20,000 nt of DNA from IMG/VR virus record IMGVR_UViG_3300003319_000181. One strand, given 5' to 3'. Positions 1 through 7,707 of this stretch are shown here, piece by piece. The stretch comes from an uncultured virus (IMG/VR IMGVR_UViG_3300003319_000181). Lineage: Duplodnaviria; Heunggongvirae; Uroviricota; Caudoviricetes. Positions within the stretch are counted from its first letter, which is position 1, and every line of letters begins with the position of its first letter. The position numbers were made by a program, and so were the translations under genes. The notes below the pieces were generated by a model. The model was not told the origin of the DNA and did no database searches. It saw only the letters and a list, made by a program, of their open reading frames with translations.

Positions 1-62
1 TCGCAAAGTTTGCCCTCGTTACCCTGCCCGTCTTTCTGCCTGACGATGTCGCCTAAGTTCAC
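1..62 (-). CDS. 5' end of a hypothetical protein running off the window (MNLGDIVRQKDGQGNEGKLC...)
   Basis: GTG at 62 overlaps the upstream TGA (GTGA); AAGGAG RBS; translated by hand. Confidence 0.5.
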   Translation of the reverse strand, partial: MNLGDIVRQKDGQGNEGKLC

Positions 63-199
63 GATTGTTTCTCCTTCTCTTCCTTCTTCCGACCCTGCTC
101 CCTCTTCTTCTTATCCAACAACTTAGCTAACGCTTCAGATGAGCGGTAGTGAGGAACTTGTCCCCGGCCGTAAGTAACTTTGGGTTTCTTCTTAGGCAT
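59..199 (-). CDS. Small Lys/Arg-rich hypothetical protein (46 aa, MPKKKPKVTYGRGQ...)
   Basis: Hand translation; AAGGA upstream; stop coupled to the next start. Confidence 0.5.
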   Translation of the reverse strand: MPKKKPKVTYGRGQVPHYRSSEALAKLLDKKKREQGRKKEEKEKQS

Positions 200-213
200 C
201 TTGTCCTTCCGCG

Positions 214-405
214 CTAACACGTCTCACACACACAGCTATACTCTTCGCCGCCACCTATTGAGACCTTTGTATGGTCATGGTCGCCGTCTACCCCTTTGAC
301 TTCACGGCCACAGTAGTAACAGCCGTCGATGCAGGGCTGGCCGGGATGGGGGCAATACTCACGTCCCCGCCAGCGGCCTTTAGTGCCTTCGTTCTCTTCG
401 ATCAT
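214..405 (-). CDS. Small Cys-rich hypothetical protein
   Basis: 63-aa ORF with several Cys pairs, in operon orientation. Confidence 0.5.
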   Translation of the reverse strand: MIEENEGTKGRWRGREYCPHPGQPCIDGCYYCGREVKGVDGDHDHTKVSIGGGEEYSCVCETC

Positions 406-452
406 GCCTTATACACTCCCCGATGCAATACCCGAAATGGTGTGCGAATTAT

Positions 453-504
453 TTCCGTCAGCCGGAAGAAATAGCTTGACATTGCTTCCGAGTCGCGGTA
501 ATAT
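453..504 (+). promoter_or_regulatory. Sigma70-type promoter with two TTCCG-N5-CGGWA operator-like sites
   Basis: TTGACA 476-481, 17-bp spacer, TAATAT 499-504; TTCCGtcagcCGGAA 453-467 and TTCCGagtcgCGGTA 486-500. Confidence 0.7.
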
Positions 505-551
505 CTCAATCGTGCTAAGGCACAGAGATTGAGACGAAGGAGACAGGAAAC

Positions 552-785
552 ATGATTCGCAACACCAACGAAAAAAGCTACGTGAAGGGCGACAACGGCC
601 AGTATTACGTGCAGGTGAAGGACAGCAGCAGCCGTTGGGGTTTCTACCTCGCGCAAGCCGAGGGCGAAGATAGCCAGTCGTGGGACGGCGGCTTCGGTTC
701 GGGCGCGTCGGAGTGGGAAGTCGTCCCGGTCAGCAAAGTGCCGCGCAGCGTGCGCCGCGAAATGGATTGGCTGTTTCAAGACTAA
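552..785 (+). CDS. Hypothetical protein (77 aa), first gene of a counter-oriented cassette
   Basis: AAGGAGACAGGA RBS, downstream of promoter, protein-like composition. Confidence 0.75.
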   Translation: MIRNTNEKSYVKGDNGQYYVQVKDSSSRWGFYLAQAEGEDSQSWDGGFGSGASEWEVVPVSKVPRSVRREMDWLFQD

Positions 786-795
786 GGAGGCAGCC

Positions 796-1005
796 ATGAC
801 CGTTTGGACAACCAAGAAGGTCGGAGACGCACTAGGCGTCTCCGACCGCCAGGTTAGAAACATCGCCGCCGCGCTCGGAATCACGCCCGCCGGGGAGAAA
901 TTCGGCAACACTCCCACGTTCACGGACGAGCAATACCGAGAAATCAAGAAATACCACGCGAGCAATAACAGGCCCGGCCCGAAGGCGAAGAAAGGTAAGA
1001 AGTAG
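796..1005 (+). CDS. Small HTH DNA-binding protein (MerR/excisionase-like) with basic tail
   Basis: AAGGAGG RBS; TTKKVGDALGVSDRQVRNIA helix-turn-helix pattern; C-terminal RPGPKAKKGKK. Confidence 0.8.
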   Translation: MTVWTTKKVGDALGVSDRQVRNIAAALGITPAGEKFGNTPTFTDEQYREIKKYHASNNRPGPKAKKGKK

Positions 1006-1065
1006 TGGGCTTGAGACCTTACGGCGGCGGACACTCTCAACACGTGGCCCGCAGAAGGAGGAATA

Positions 1066-1215
1066 ATGGTCAACGACACCCGAACCTGCCGCGAGTGCGG
1101 CGGCAAGATGGTCTTCCAAAAAACACGTCCCGCGGGCCCCTTTGTCGCGGGCGACGCCACCTCGCACGTCGATCTATACGAGTGCGAGGAGTGCGGGGCG
1201 GAGGATTGGGAGTAG
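1066..1215 (+). CDS. Small zinc-ribbon protein (49 aa, MVNDTRTCRECGGKM...YECEECGAEDWE)
   Basis: Hand translation; AAGGAGG RBS; two CxxC pairs; below the ORF-track size cutoff. Confidence 0.7.
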   Translation: MVNDTRTCRECGGKMVFQKTRPAGPFVAGDATSHVDLYECEECGAEDWE

Positions 1216-1216
1216 G

Positions 1217-1420
1217 TCACTCGCCCTCACCTCCCGCCACCCCGAACACAATCGCCCACGCGGTAGCCGCCACCCTCTGCCCGCGCGTCGTCTTGGGATA
1301 CTTTTCCGCCAACCGCTGCTCGTACTCGGCGGGCGTGCAGACGGGGAGTTTGACGCCCGCCTTCCTCGCCAGCGCTTTGACGGCGCGCGGCGTTAGCGCC
1401 GGCTCTCTCTCTTCAGACAT
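1217..1420 (-). CDS. Hypothetical protein
   Basis: ATG at 1420 (MSEERE) with GGAGG upstream, overlapping the end of the preceding ORF. Confidence 0.55.
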   Translation of the reverse strand: MSEEREPALTPRAVKALARKAGVKLPVCTPAEYEQRLAEKYPKTTRGQRVAATAWAIVFGVAGGEGE

Positions 1421-1718
1421 GGGAGTCCTCCGCCCTCGCCTTCTCAAGTTTCTCTCGCAACGTCAGTCCATCAAGACCGGTCGCGCAGACGCAGGCGTGA
1501 TACTCGACGCGCGTGTGCGGGTTCGCGCCGAAGCATTGCCGGAAGATAGCGCCCTCAACCCGCTCGCCACACTTGAACGTGTCGTGAGGCCGATGGCCGC
1601 AACCGGGGCACTTACCCGCCGCTCGCCACTCCTCAGACTGTAGGCGCTCGCGCTCAAGACGGCGCGTCCGCTCGTCGTCACTTTCCTCAAAAGAGAACAC
1701 AACTCTTTTCGGCATCAC
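1413..1718 (-). CDS. Cys/His-rich hypothetical protein (putative Zn-binding)
   Basis: CPGC..H..C and further Cys residues; GAGG RBS; follows the methyltransferase in the operon. Confidence 0.6.
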   Translation of the reverse strand: MMPKRVVFSFEESDDERTRRLERERLQSEEWRAAGKCPGCGHRPHDTFKCGERVEGAIFRQCFGANPHTRVEYHACVCATGLDGLTLREKLEKARAEDSHV

Positions 1719-1734
1719 TCACCTCTCGAAAACG

Positions 1735-3135
1735 TCACGCCGCAACCTCCGACCTGCTACACCCTTCCATTGATTCGATCATCCTCCGCGCGAGTAGCGA
1801 AGGAACGGCGTTGCCCACTACCAGACAAGCCAGCCCGTTCTTTGCGGGTAAGACGTACCAGTCGGGGATAGACTGAAAACGTGCTAAGGCGCGGGGAGTC
1901 ATGCTGACGACGCGCCCTTGCGAGAGCCATGCGCGGGGCTTCGCGGCCTTACTGTGCATCGTTGCCAGCACGCAGGCGGATGGCTCCGACGCTTCGCGTA
2001 CGTCTAGCGTGGACGTGCGCTGCGCGAGAAAGGCACGTGTACTTCCCGCCGTGTTCGTCTGCGTCCAGATAGGTTCGTCGTCAGTCCTGACGACGAACCT
2101 CGGGTTATCGGCCGAGGGGTGGGCCACGAAGGCGCGGAAGGGGTGACGGGTCTGCGTCGCGGTGAGTGTCCCGACGGGACACTCACCCTCAAAGATTTTC
2201 AGTTCGCCCCCTTCGGAGTTGGAGGGCTTACCGTCAACGATGAAGGCGCGAGACTTGCTCGCCAGTCGGGTAGTCAGCGTGAAGATAGGGGCGTCAGAGT
2301 GCCGCACTCTGACGCCATCGTTGAAGCCGTCCCGCTGGTCGTCCATGATGAATGCGCGCGGCATGTGCGAAGCCTTTCCATCTGTGACAACTGAGACGGC
2401 GGGCTCCACATCGGTACGGTGAAGTTTTCCGAACTCCTGCCCTGTATTCTTACTGTCAATCAATATGCCGCGGGCGATGCTGTCTGGCAGTCTCTTCAAC
2501 TGCCACTCTGCAAAGCGCGACTCTGGCAAATCAGGTATCAAGTCCTCTATTGCCCTGTACCAGCCGCTCCACTTGAGCAGAGGCGCGGAGAAAAGGTCGG
2601 TCTGCGCGGAAGGGTTGCGCGCGTGCGTCGGCTGCAGCCTGCGTGGCTTATGAGCCTTCGACGCTAAGAGGATGAGACGCTTGCGCGTTTGTGGGACTCC
2701 ATAATCAGCCGCGTTAAGATGCCAGTAGTCGAAAGCATAACCGGACTCTTCCAGCGCGCGGAGGATGACCTTGAACGAATCGAACTTACGATAGCCCCAG
2801 ACGTTTTCAAGGGAGACTCGCGGCGACTGAAATTGCCGTATGGCCCGTGCGAACCCCTCGGCCATCGAAACGTCTTCCACCTCCTCTTTGCCATCCTTCT
2901 TAGCCGCGGAGGCGTTTTTGCAAACAGTAGAGCCGTGGAGCCAATAGGGAGATTGTAGCTGTGAGTAATCAACGTCTTCAGCACGCGCGAGGACGACGCC
3001 CGCCTTGAAGTTGGCGTCGTGCACCCCTGCTACGGCCGGGTCACATTCGACCGTCCACATAGGAGTCAATCCGGCTTCTACCGCTCCTGCTTCGAAGCCT
3101 CCCCCTCCCCCGCCGATGGTTGCTAATGTCTTCAC
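1735..3135 (-). CDS. DNA (cytosine-5)-methyltransferase, orphan, with repeated variable region
   Basis: Motif I-like IGGGGGGFEAG, IV-like GSTVC, VI LENV, VIII YGVPQTRKR, IX RALARFQSIPD, X GNAVP; likely start GTG 3135 with GGAGG 6 nt upstream, not 3837. Confidence 0.9.
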   Translation of the reverse strand: MKTLATIGGGGGGFEAGAVEAGLTPMWTVECDPAVAGVHDANFKAGVVLARAEDVDYSQLQSPYWLHGSTVCKNASAAKKDGKEEVEDVSMAEGFARAIRQFQSPRVSLENVWGYRKFDSFKVILRALEESGYAFDYWHLNAADYGVPQTRKRLILLASKAHKPRRLQPTHARNPSAQTDLFSAPLLKWSGWYRAIEDLIPDLPESRFAEWQLKRLPDSIARGILIDSKNTGQEFGKLHRTDVEPAVSVVTDGKASHMPRAFIMDDQRDGFNDGVRVRHSDAPIFTLTTRLASKSRAFIVDGKPSNSEGGELKIFEGECPVGTLTATQTRHPFRAFVAHPSADNPRFVVRTDDEPIWTQTNTAGSTRAFLAQRTSTLDVREASEPSACVLATMHSKAAKPRAWLSQGRVVSMTPRALARFQSIPDWYVLPAKNGLACLVVGNAVPSLLARRMIESMEGCSRSEVAA

Positions 3136-3216
3136 CACATACCTCCAATACCGGCGCGGAGGAAGCGCCCTCCGCAGTAATAATTCAGCGTCCGAAATTA
3201 TTTTTGAAGAAAGTGC

Positions 3217-3245
3217 TTGACTCAGTGGGCCACTGAGTGTATAAG
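3217..3245 (+). promoter_or_regulatory. Sigma70-type promoter with palindromic operator in the spacer
   Basis: TTGACT 3217-3222, 17-bp spacer, TATAAG 3240-3245; ACTCAGTGG-g-CCACTGAGT 3220-3238. Confidence 0.75.
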
Positions 3246-3294
3246 TATTCGTGTGCTGAGGCACGAGAGACGATTCCCGAAGGAGATTAAGCAA

Positions 3295-3549
3295 ATGGCC
3301 CAGACAATTGAAGCAAGATGCAAAACGGCAGGGACGATTCGGATTGAGGGTGAGCGGACGGCGTGCGGCGATTCTCGCGGCAACTGCGACTGCGGCGCGC
3401 ACGATCACTACCACGTCGCCAGCGCAGAGAAACTGCACGAGATAGCGAGCAGGTATTCGTGGGTTGAGCGCCCGCAGGGAAAGACGTTGCGCGGCTCTGC
3501 TTACACGCGCCGCATGGCCGGCAACGACTTCAACGGCTACGCGCAGTAA
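3295..3549 (+). CDS. Hypothetical Cys/His-containing protein (84 aa), first gene of the second counter-oriented cassette
   Basis: ATG 3295 (MAQTIEARC) with AAGGAG RBS downstream of the promoter. Confidence 0.7.
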   Translation: MAQTIEARCKTAGTIRIEGERTACGDSRGNCDCGAHDHYHVASAEKLHEIASRYSWVERPQGKTLRGSAYTRRMAGNDFNGYAQ

Positions 3550-3555
3550 GACACA

Positions 3556-3594
3556 GAGAGGGGCCTGGTAGGTCGAATCTACCAGGCCCCTCTC
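3556..3594. terminator. Perfect 16-bp stem hairpin (terminator, attenuator or processing site)
   Basis: GAGAGGGGCCTGGTAG-gtcgaat-CTACCAGGCCCCTCTC directly after a stop codon; no strong U-tract. Confidence 0.55.
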
Positions 3595-3637
3595 CGCTCG
3601 ATTCCCAAAGGGTTCGATTAAGCGGAGAGAGACTACC

Positions 3638-3841
3638 ATGCCCACGAAACATTGTCGAGAGAAAATCACGCTTACTGAGGCCGAACGGGCGCGGCTCGCT
3701 TCCGAGGCCGAGGACGCAGACCTCTCACTCTCCAACCTGCTCCGCACAAAATTAGGTCTTGAACCTCTCACTCGATACTCAGCCCCCAAAGGTAATAAGT
3801 TCGCCCTCAACAATCCCGGCCGCTCTAAGCAAAACAAGTGA
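3638..3841 (+). CDS. Small ribbon-helix-helix-like (MobC/CopG-like) DNA-binding protein
   Basis: KITLTEAERARLASEAEDADLSLSNLLR pattern; GGAG RBS; basic tail APKGNKFA. Confidence 0.7.
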   Translation: MPTKHCREKITLTEAERARLASEAEDADLSLSNLLRTKLGLEPLTRYSAPKGNKFALNNPGRSKQNK

Positions 3842-4035
3842 AACCACTGCCTTTCAAGGCGCGGGAGGATTCACTTCTTTCTGATAGAGGAGACGAAGCT
3901 GTTAATCCGGCGACGGGAGCGGATTCGCGTATTCCCCTCGATACGCTTAAATGTTTGGAACGCGCTAGAGCCTGTGTCATGTCAGGCCGACACCTCCTTT
4001 CTGTGTTGGTGATGCGTTACCCCGCCGCCGGAAAC

Positions 4036-4686
4036 TTAAACTTTACGGAGCGCACCCCTGCATATCTCCGGCTCACCTTCGTCGGACGTATAGCGGTTCA
4101 GGAGGTTGCGGCATGGGCCACCGACCTTGTGCGTCGTCATGTAGGTGTTTACCTCGCGCCCGCACACTGGGTTGTCGCACTTCAACTGCTCGCCTAGGAG
4201 CTTGCGGCCTGCCTTGATGACCTGCGCGACGCCGACCTCGGGGGCGTGCCGCTCATGGTACTGCGCCATGAAGGTAGAGAAGGCGGCCGGGCGACACTCG
4301 CGGCAGGGCGCGACGATCTCCGCACCTGTCGCCGGGAAGTAGACGGTCGCCATCTTTTCAGGGCCGCAGTAGGAGCACGCGCGGTCGGAGTCTGCAAAGG
4401 CTTCGCGCTCAATGGCCGCTCGTTTCTCGCGCTCGCGTTTGGCAAGCAACTCACCGTAAGCCAGTTTCACGTCCACAGGGTTGACGGGCCGACGCGGGTC
4501 GGCGTGGTTGTCGCAGGCGAGGTCGAAGGCGGCGCGGAGGTCTTCGAAGGGCACGCGCTCGACGAGGCGGTTCGTCCAGTAGCCGACCTTGCGCTCAAGT
4601 TCCGAAGGCCCGCCACCTTCCGCCTCGGTCGCGTCCGGGGCCGGGAGGTCAACGCTCTCAAACGCCTCAACAATCATCAAACTCAC
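4036..4686 (-). CDS. Replication accessory protein with Zn-finger C-terminus (helicase loader position)
   Basis: Directly downstream of the initiator; CSYC/CREC and further Cys; start probably GTG 4686 or ATG 4677; function inferred from synteny only. Confidence 0.6.
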   Translation of the reverse strand: MSLMIVEAFESVDLPAPDATEAEGGGPSELERKVGYWTNRLVERVPFEDLRAAFDLACDNHADPRRPVNPVDVKLAYGELLAKREREKRAAIEREAFADSDRACSYCGPEKMATVYFPATGAEIVAPCRECRPAAFSTFMAQYHERHAPEVGVAQVIKAGRKLLGEQLKCDNPVCGREVNTYMTTHKVGGPCRNLLNRYTSDEGEPEICRGALRKV

Positions 4687-4693
4687 GGCCGCC

Positions 4694-5719
4694 TCATACC
4701 TCTTCCTCAGCTTCGGCGAGTCGCTGGGCCGCGAAAGCGTATGCGGCGCTCGCGTTTCGATTCTGTCGCGCGGTTCGCTCCGAAACGTTAGGGCGGCTGA
4801 AGCTTCCCCGAACGATGTTAGTCTCTTGCCCACTCTCAACCTCCGCCTCTGCGTATCCCTTGAACCGTTCAAGGTTTTGGTCGTTCCGGCAAATCAGTTC
4901 CAAGTCGTCGTAGACCGTGCCGCGGTCGTTCTGGCCCATGTGCTGCGGGCTCGCCCGGCAACCCTTAATCGCCGCGCTGAAATCCTCGCGAGTGAATCCG
5001 ACCGGGGAGCGCAGGCGGTCGAGCAAGGCGCGCCCGCGCTCGGGCGTGAGTTTCGCCTTGCCGTTCTTGCCCATCGCGCGCCGCCACTCGGCGAAGATGT
5101 CGAGCATCAAGACCCACTCGCCCTCCGTGGGCTGCGCGCACCGCTTATGCTTTGGGAGTTCGGCGATAGCCTTGCGTAAAGCCTTCGCCCGCTCATCCAC
5201 GGACGGGGCGTCGGGCGTCAGCCCGACAATGTTCCGTAGCGTAGCGGAGGAACTATCTGTAGAAGTTCTTATATCCGAATAAGGCGCAATCGGCGTGCCG
5301 CCGTCTGAGGTGTCGGCTGTGTCACCTTTCCCGACTAAAGGTGTCTCCGGTGTCACCTTTGCATCCGATAAAGGGGGCCCTGATGACACCTTTTCCGGTG
5401 GGGTTGGTGCTGCCGATGTCACCTTTTGAAAAGGTGTCTCCGCCGTCACCTTATCAGACTGACCCGCAATTACAGGTAAATATGGGATGGTGTAGACGCT
5501 CGCGTGTCCTTTACCTTGCCCGCGCGTGATCGTGATGTCACCATTTGCTTCAAGGTCTTTAATGACGCGCTGGACTTGCCGCTTGCCGAGACCGAGCAGT
5601 CCCATTAACTCGGGCAGCTTCGGGCCGGGCGCGCCGTTGGTCTCAGCAAGGATAATGAGCAGCAACAAACCGTCTCCGGTCTGCTCCGTGTGCTCCCTGA
5701 TGGCAGCGACGTTGCTCAA
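4694..5719 (-). CDS. Phage replication initiator (N-terminal winged HTH, repetitive linker, conserved C-terminal domain)
   Basis: LPELMGLLGLGKRQVQRVIKDLEANGDI HTH; KVT repeats; C-terminal MGQNDRGTVYDDLELICR resembles phage O/DnaD-like initiators. Confidence 0.8.
   Translation of the reverse strand: MSNVAAIREHTEQTGDGLLLLIILAETNGAPGPKLPELMGLLGLGKRQVQRVIKDLEANGDITITRGQGKGHASVYTIPYLPVIAGQSDKVTAETPFQKVTSAAPTPPEKVSSGPPLSDAKVTPETPLVGKGDTADTSDGGTPIAPYSDIRTSTDSSSATLRNIVGLTPDAPSVDERAKALRKAIAELPKHKRCAQPTEGEWVLMLDIFAEWRRAMGKNGKAKLTPERGRALLDRLRSPVGFTREDFSAAIKGCRASPQHMGQNDRGTVYDDLELICRNDQNLERFKGYAEAEVESGQETNIVRGSFSRPNVSERTARQNRNASAAYAFAAQRLAEAEEEV
5308..5452. repeat. Iteron array / probable replication origin inside the initiator gene
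   Basis: Five imperfect palindromes AGGTGTC-N6-GTCACCTT at about 5308, 5339, 5372, 5405 and 5432. Confidence 0.75.
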
Positions 5720-6078
5720 CCTTCACCCCTAAACTTCGCCGTCAGTTCGTAGAATTCTTCGTAGGTGTGCCGGTGTTGCTTCCGGCTGTTGCAAGGCACA
5801 CACGCTAAGACAAGATTCTCTATCTCGTCGCCGCCGCCCTGATGCTGTGAGATTTTGTGGTCAAGTGTAGGGCTTGAATAACCCTCGGGGATCGTGTAGA
5901 CCTTTATCAGTTCACCGCTCTTACCGTACGGCTCAAAGCGGGCAGCGCAATAATCTTCCTCTTCCCCGAGAGGTATAAGGCGCGTATGGCAGTAGTGACA
6001 CCGCCAGCCATCGGTCTCGGCCAAGCGCCGCATGAGTCCCGCTCGCACGGCGGGTTTAAATTTGCGCTTTGTAGTCAT
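5716..6078 (-). CDS. HNH endonuclease
   Basis: CHYC...TLDHKISQHQGGGDEIENLVLACVPCNSRK. Confidence 0.9.
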   Translation of the reverse strand: MTTKRKFKPAVRAGLMRRLAETDGWRCHYCHTRLIPLGEEEDYCAARFEPYGKSGELIKVYTIPEGYSSPTLDHKISQHQGGGDEIENLVLACVPCNSRKQHRHTYEEFYELTAKFRGEG

Positions 6079-6155
6079 ATTTCAAGCGCCTTGCCATGTA
6101 CGCGCATGATTTGGGCGAGCGTCATCAGTCGGTCTCAAAAGTAGGCTCCGAGCCG

Positions 6156-6497
6156 TCAAAAGATCGACCCTCCGCCCGAGCCATTCGACTTACGCCTTAA
6201 CTTTGCGGTGCTCGCCTCACGCCTGCACCGCAAGCAATTCCGCCTGCGAGTCACAGGACGCTTGCCGCATCGGGTACAGACGCCGCGCGCGACCCGTTGC
6301 CAATACGACTGCTCACGGTGGTACTTTTGCCCGAGTGTGCAGCGGGCGCAGCGGGTGGTGCCTTCCTGCGCGGTCTCGCCGCACTGCACGCACAGCGAGA
6401 CCGCGCAGCGGCTGTAATAACGCCCTAAGCGTGTCTCTCTACTCTGTTGTCCCACTACAGTGATAATCCTCCGCAGGCTGGTGGACACTTCTCTCAA
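6156..6497 (-). CDS. Basic double Zn-finger hypothetical protein
   Basis: CVQC..CARC and CTRC..CLRC repeats. Confidence 0.6.
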   Translation of the reverse strand: MREVSTSLRRIITVVGQQSRETRLGRYYSRCAVSLCVQCGETAQEGTTRCARCTLGQKYHREQSYWQRVARGVCTRCGKRPVTRRRNCLRCRREASTAKLRRKSNGSGGGSIF

Positions 6498-6732
6498 TTA
6501 TGGCCGTCCGGCACGCTTCACAAGTCCGGTCGTAGAGAAGCGAGAAGAATTTGACGAGAATCATCCCGGCAAATTCGGCCGGGATTTCCAAGTCAAGCGA
6601 CCGTGCAAAAAAGACAGCCTTCCGTGCCGCGCGCGCGCGGTGAACCGGGGGCAACTTGCGCCCCCACTCAAAGCACTCAAGCAGCCGCCGCAAGTAAACT
6701 TTCTGCTGCCGCTTATTCACCCGAGCAGCCAC
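6439..6732 (-). CDS. Hypothetical protein
   Basis: 97-aa ORF in operon orientation. Confidence 0.45.
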   Translation of the reverse strand: MAARVNKRQQKVYLRRLLECFEWGRKLPPVHRARAARKAVFFARSLDLEIPAEFAGMILVKFFSLLYDRTCEACRTAIIERSVHQPAEDYHCSGTTE

Positions 6733-6755
6733 CGCCTTTCACGGCGCGGGAGCGT

Positions 6756-6905
6756 TCACCCCCACGGGTCGCCATCGCACTCACCACAGAAGCCGTTCGG
6801 GTCTAGCTCGCTCCCGCAGTCGTGACACGTCGGCAGGTCGTCGTCTTCGTCGTCGTGGCACGCGCAGTCATTCCAGGGGAAACCACAGTATTCACACTCG
6901 CTCAT
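6756..6905 (-). CDS. Small acidic Cys-rich protein (49 aa, MSECEYCGFPWNDCACHDDEDDDLPTCHDCG...CGECDGDPWG)
   Basis: Hand translation; 8 Cys in pairs; not in the ORF track. Confidence 0.55.
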   Translation of the reverse strand: MSECEYCGFPWNDCACHDDEDDDLPTCHDCGSELDPNGFCGECDGDPWG

Positions 6906-7015
6906 ATCTATTCACCATCCGGGGTGGCCCGCAGTTCGTTAAAACGGCAACGGCGTCGTGTGCCGCCCCTGCCGCGGCCGGTGCGTCCAGCGCTAACACG
7001 GGCCGCCCCGAATCT

Positions 7016-7603
7016 CTACGCGCGACGAACCTGCGCCGCGTTGTCCCTGAAGATTTTGAGCACCTCGCGCTTATCCTGCTCGGTCAGACCGTCCAGGCCG
7101 GCGGTAATCTCGTACTTCTGGTTGACCCACTTCTTGACCTTCACGGGGTCGTAACCCAAGGCATCGGCCGCTGCAAGGATTTGCATGGAGAGTTCTGTCG
7201 AGGACTCGTTGATAGCTTTGACGGCTGGGGTGCCCGGAACCGTCTTGATTTGCGTTGGGGCCTGTGCTTTCTGCTGGCCCCGTTGCGCCTCTTCCCGGCT
7301 CGCCACTCCGCGTTTGACCTCGAAACCCAAGAGGGCCAGCGCGCGACCGACTGAACTTGTCTCGCAGACCTCAACGTAGCTACCAGCCTGCACATGACCG
7401 GCGCTCCTCAGTTCGTACGCGTGGCCTGTTGCTGCCGGCAGTGCGTCGTCAGGCTCGCGGTAGACCTCTGCCCGGATAAGGACAAACCCCGTCTCTTGAT
7501 TGTGCTCAACGATGGAGGTCACAATCCGGCCTTTGGGATAGGTCGCATAGAACTTGTCGATCCTCTCGGCGACGGTGATGTACTCGTCAGGGTTGAATCT
7601 CAC
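7016..7603 (-). CDS. Putative single-strand annealing protein (Rad52/Sak-like phage recombinase)
   Basis: YITVAERI...ATGHAYE...VEVCETSSVGRALALLGF motif common in phage recombination modules; low-complexity linker and helical C-terminus. Confidence 0.65.
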   Translation of the reverse strand: MRFNPDEYITVAERIDKFYATYPKGRIVTSIVEHNQETGFVLIRAEVYREPDDALPAATGHAYELRSAGHVQAGSYVEVCETSSVGRALALLGFEVKRGVASREEAQRGQQKAQAPTQIKTVPGTPAVKAINESSTELSMQILAAADALGYDPVKVKKWVNQKYEITAGLDGLTEQDKREVLKIFRDNAAQVRRA

Positions 7604-7707
7604 TTCTTCCCCTTCCGTTTCGCCCGCCTCACCTCAAAGTAATCAAATAACTTTTCGGTGGGCTTGCTGACGAGAAATAAGAAGTTGTTGAAGAGTCTGA
7701 GTATCAT
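7600..7707 (-). CDS. 35-aa peptide (MILRLFNNFLFLVSKPTEKLFDYFEVRRAKRKGKK)
   Basis: ATGA overlap with the upstream methyltransferase stop, GTGA overlap with the downstream start, GGAGG RBS. Confidence 0.6.
   Translation of the reverse strand: MILRLFNNFLFLVSKPTEKLFDYFEVRRAKRKGKK

Noticed and set aside
402..1643. Long ORFs 402..1220 (-) and 1005..1643 (+)
   Set aside because: Shadow frames over better-supported short genes with RBSs and recognisable motifs
3222..3231. 10-nt match (TCAGTGGGCC) between the reverse complement of the concatenated NN of array segment 2 and the operator at 3220-3238
   Set aside because: A 10-mer match is expected by chance given about 40 kb of searchable strand and many query positions; no convincing self-target was found by eye
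3136..3837. N-terminal 234-aa extension of the 700-aa methyltransferase ORF
   Set aside because: Motif I begins right after GTG 3135, which has a good RBS; the extension is the antisense of a plus-strand cassette with its own promoter and RBSs
3838..5282. Plus-strand ORFs opposite the replication genes
   Set aside because: Antisense shadows typical of high-GC DNA; no RBS or motifs
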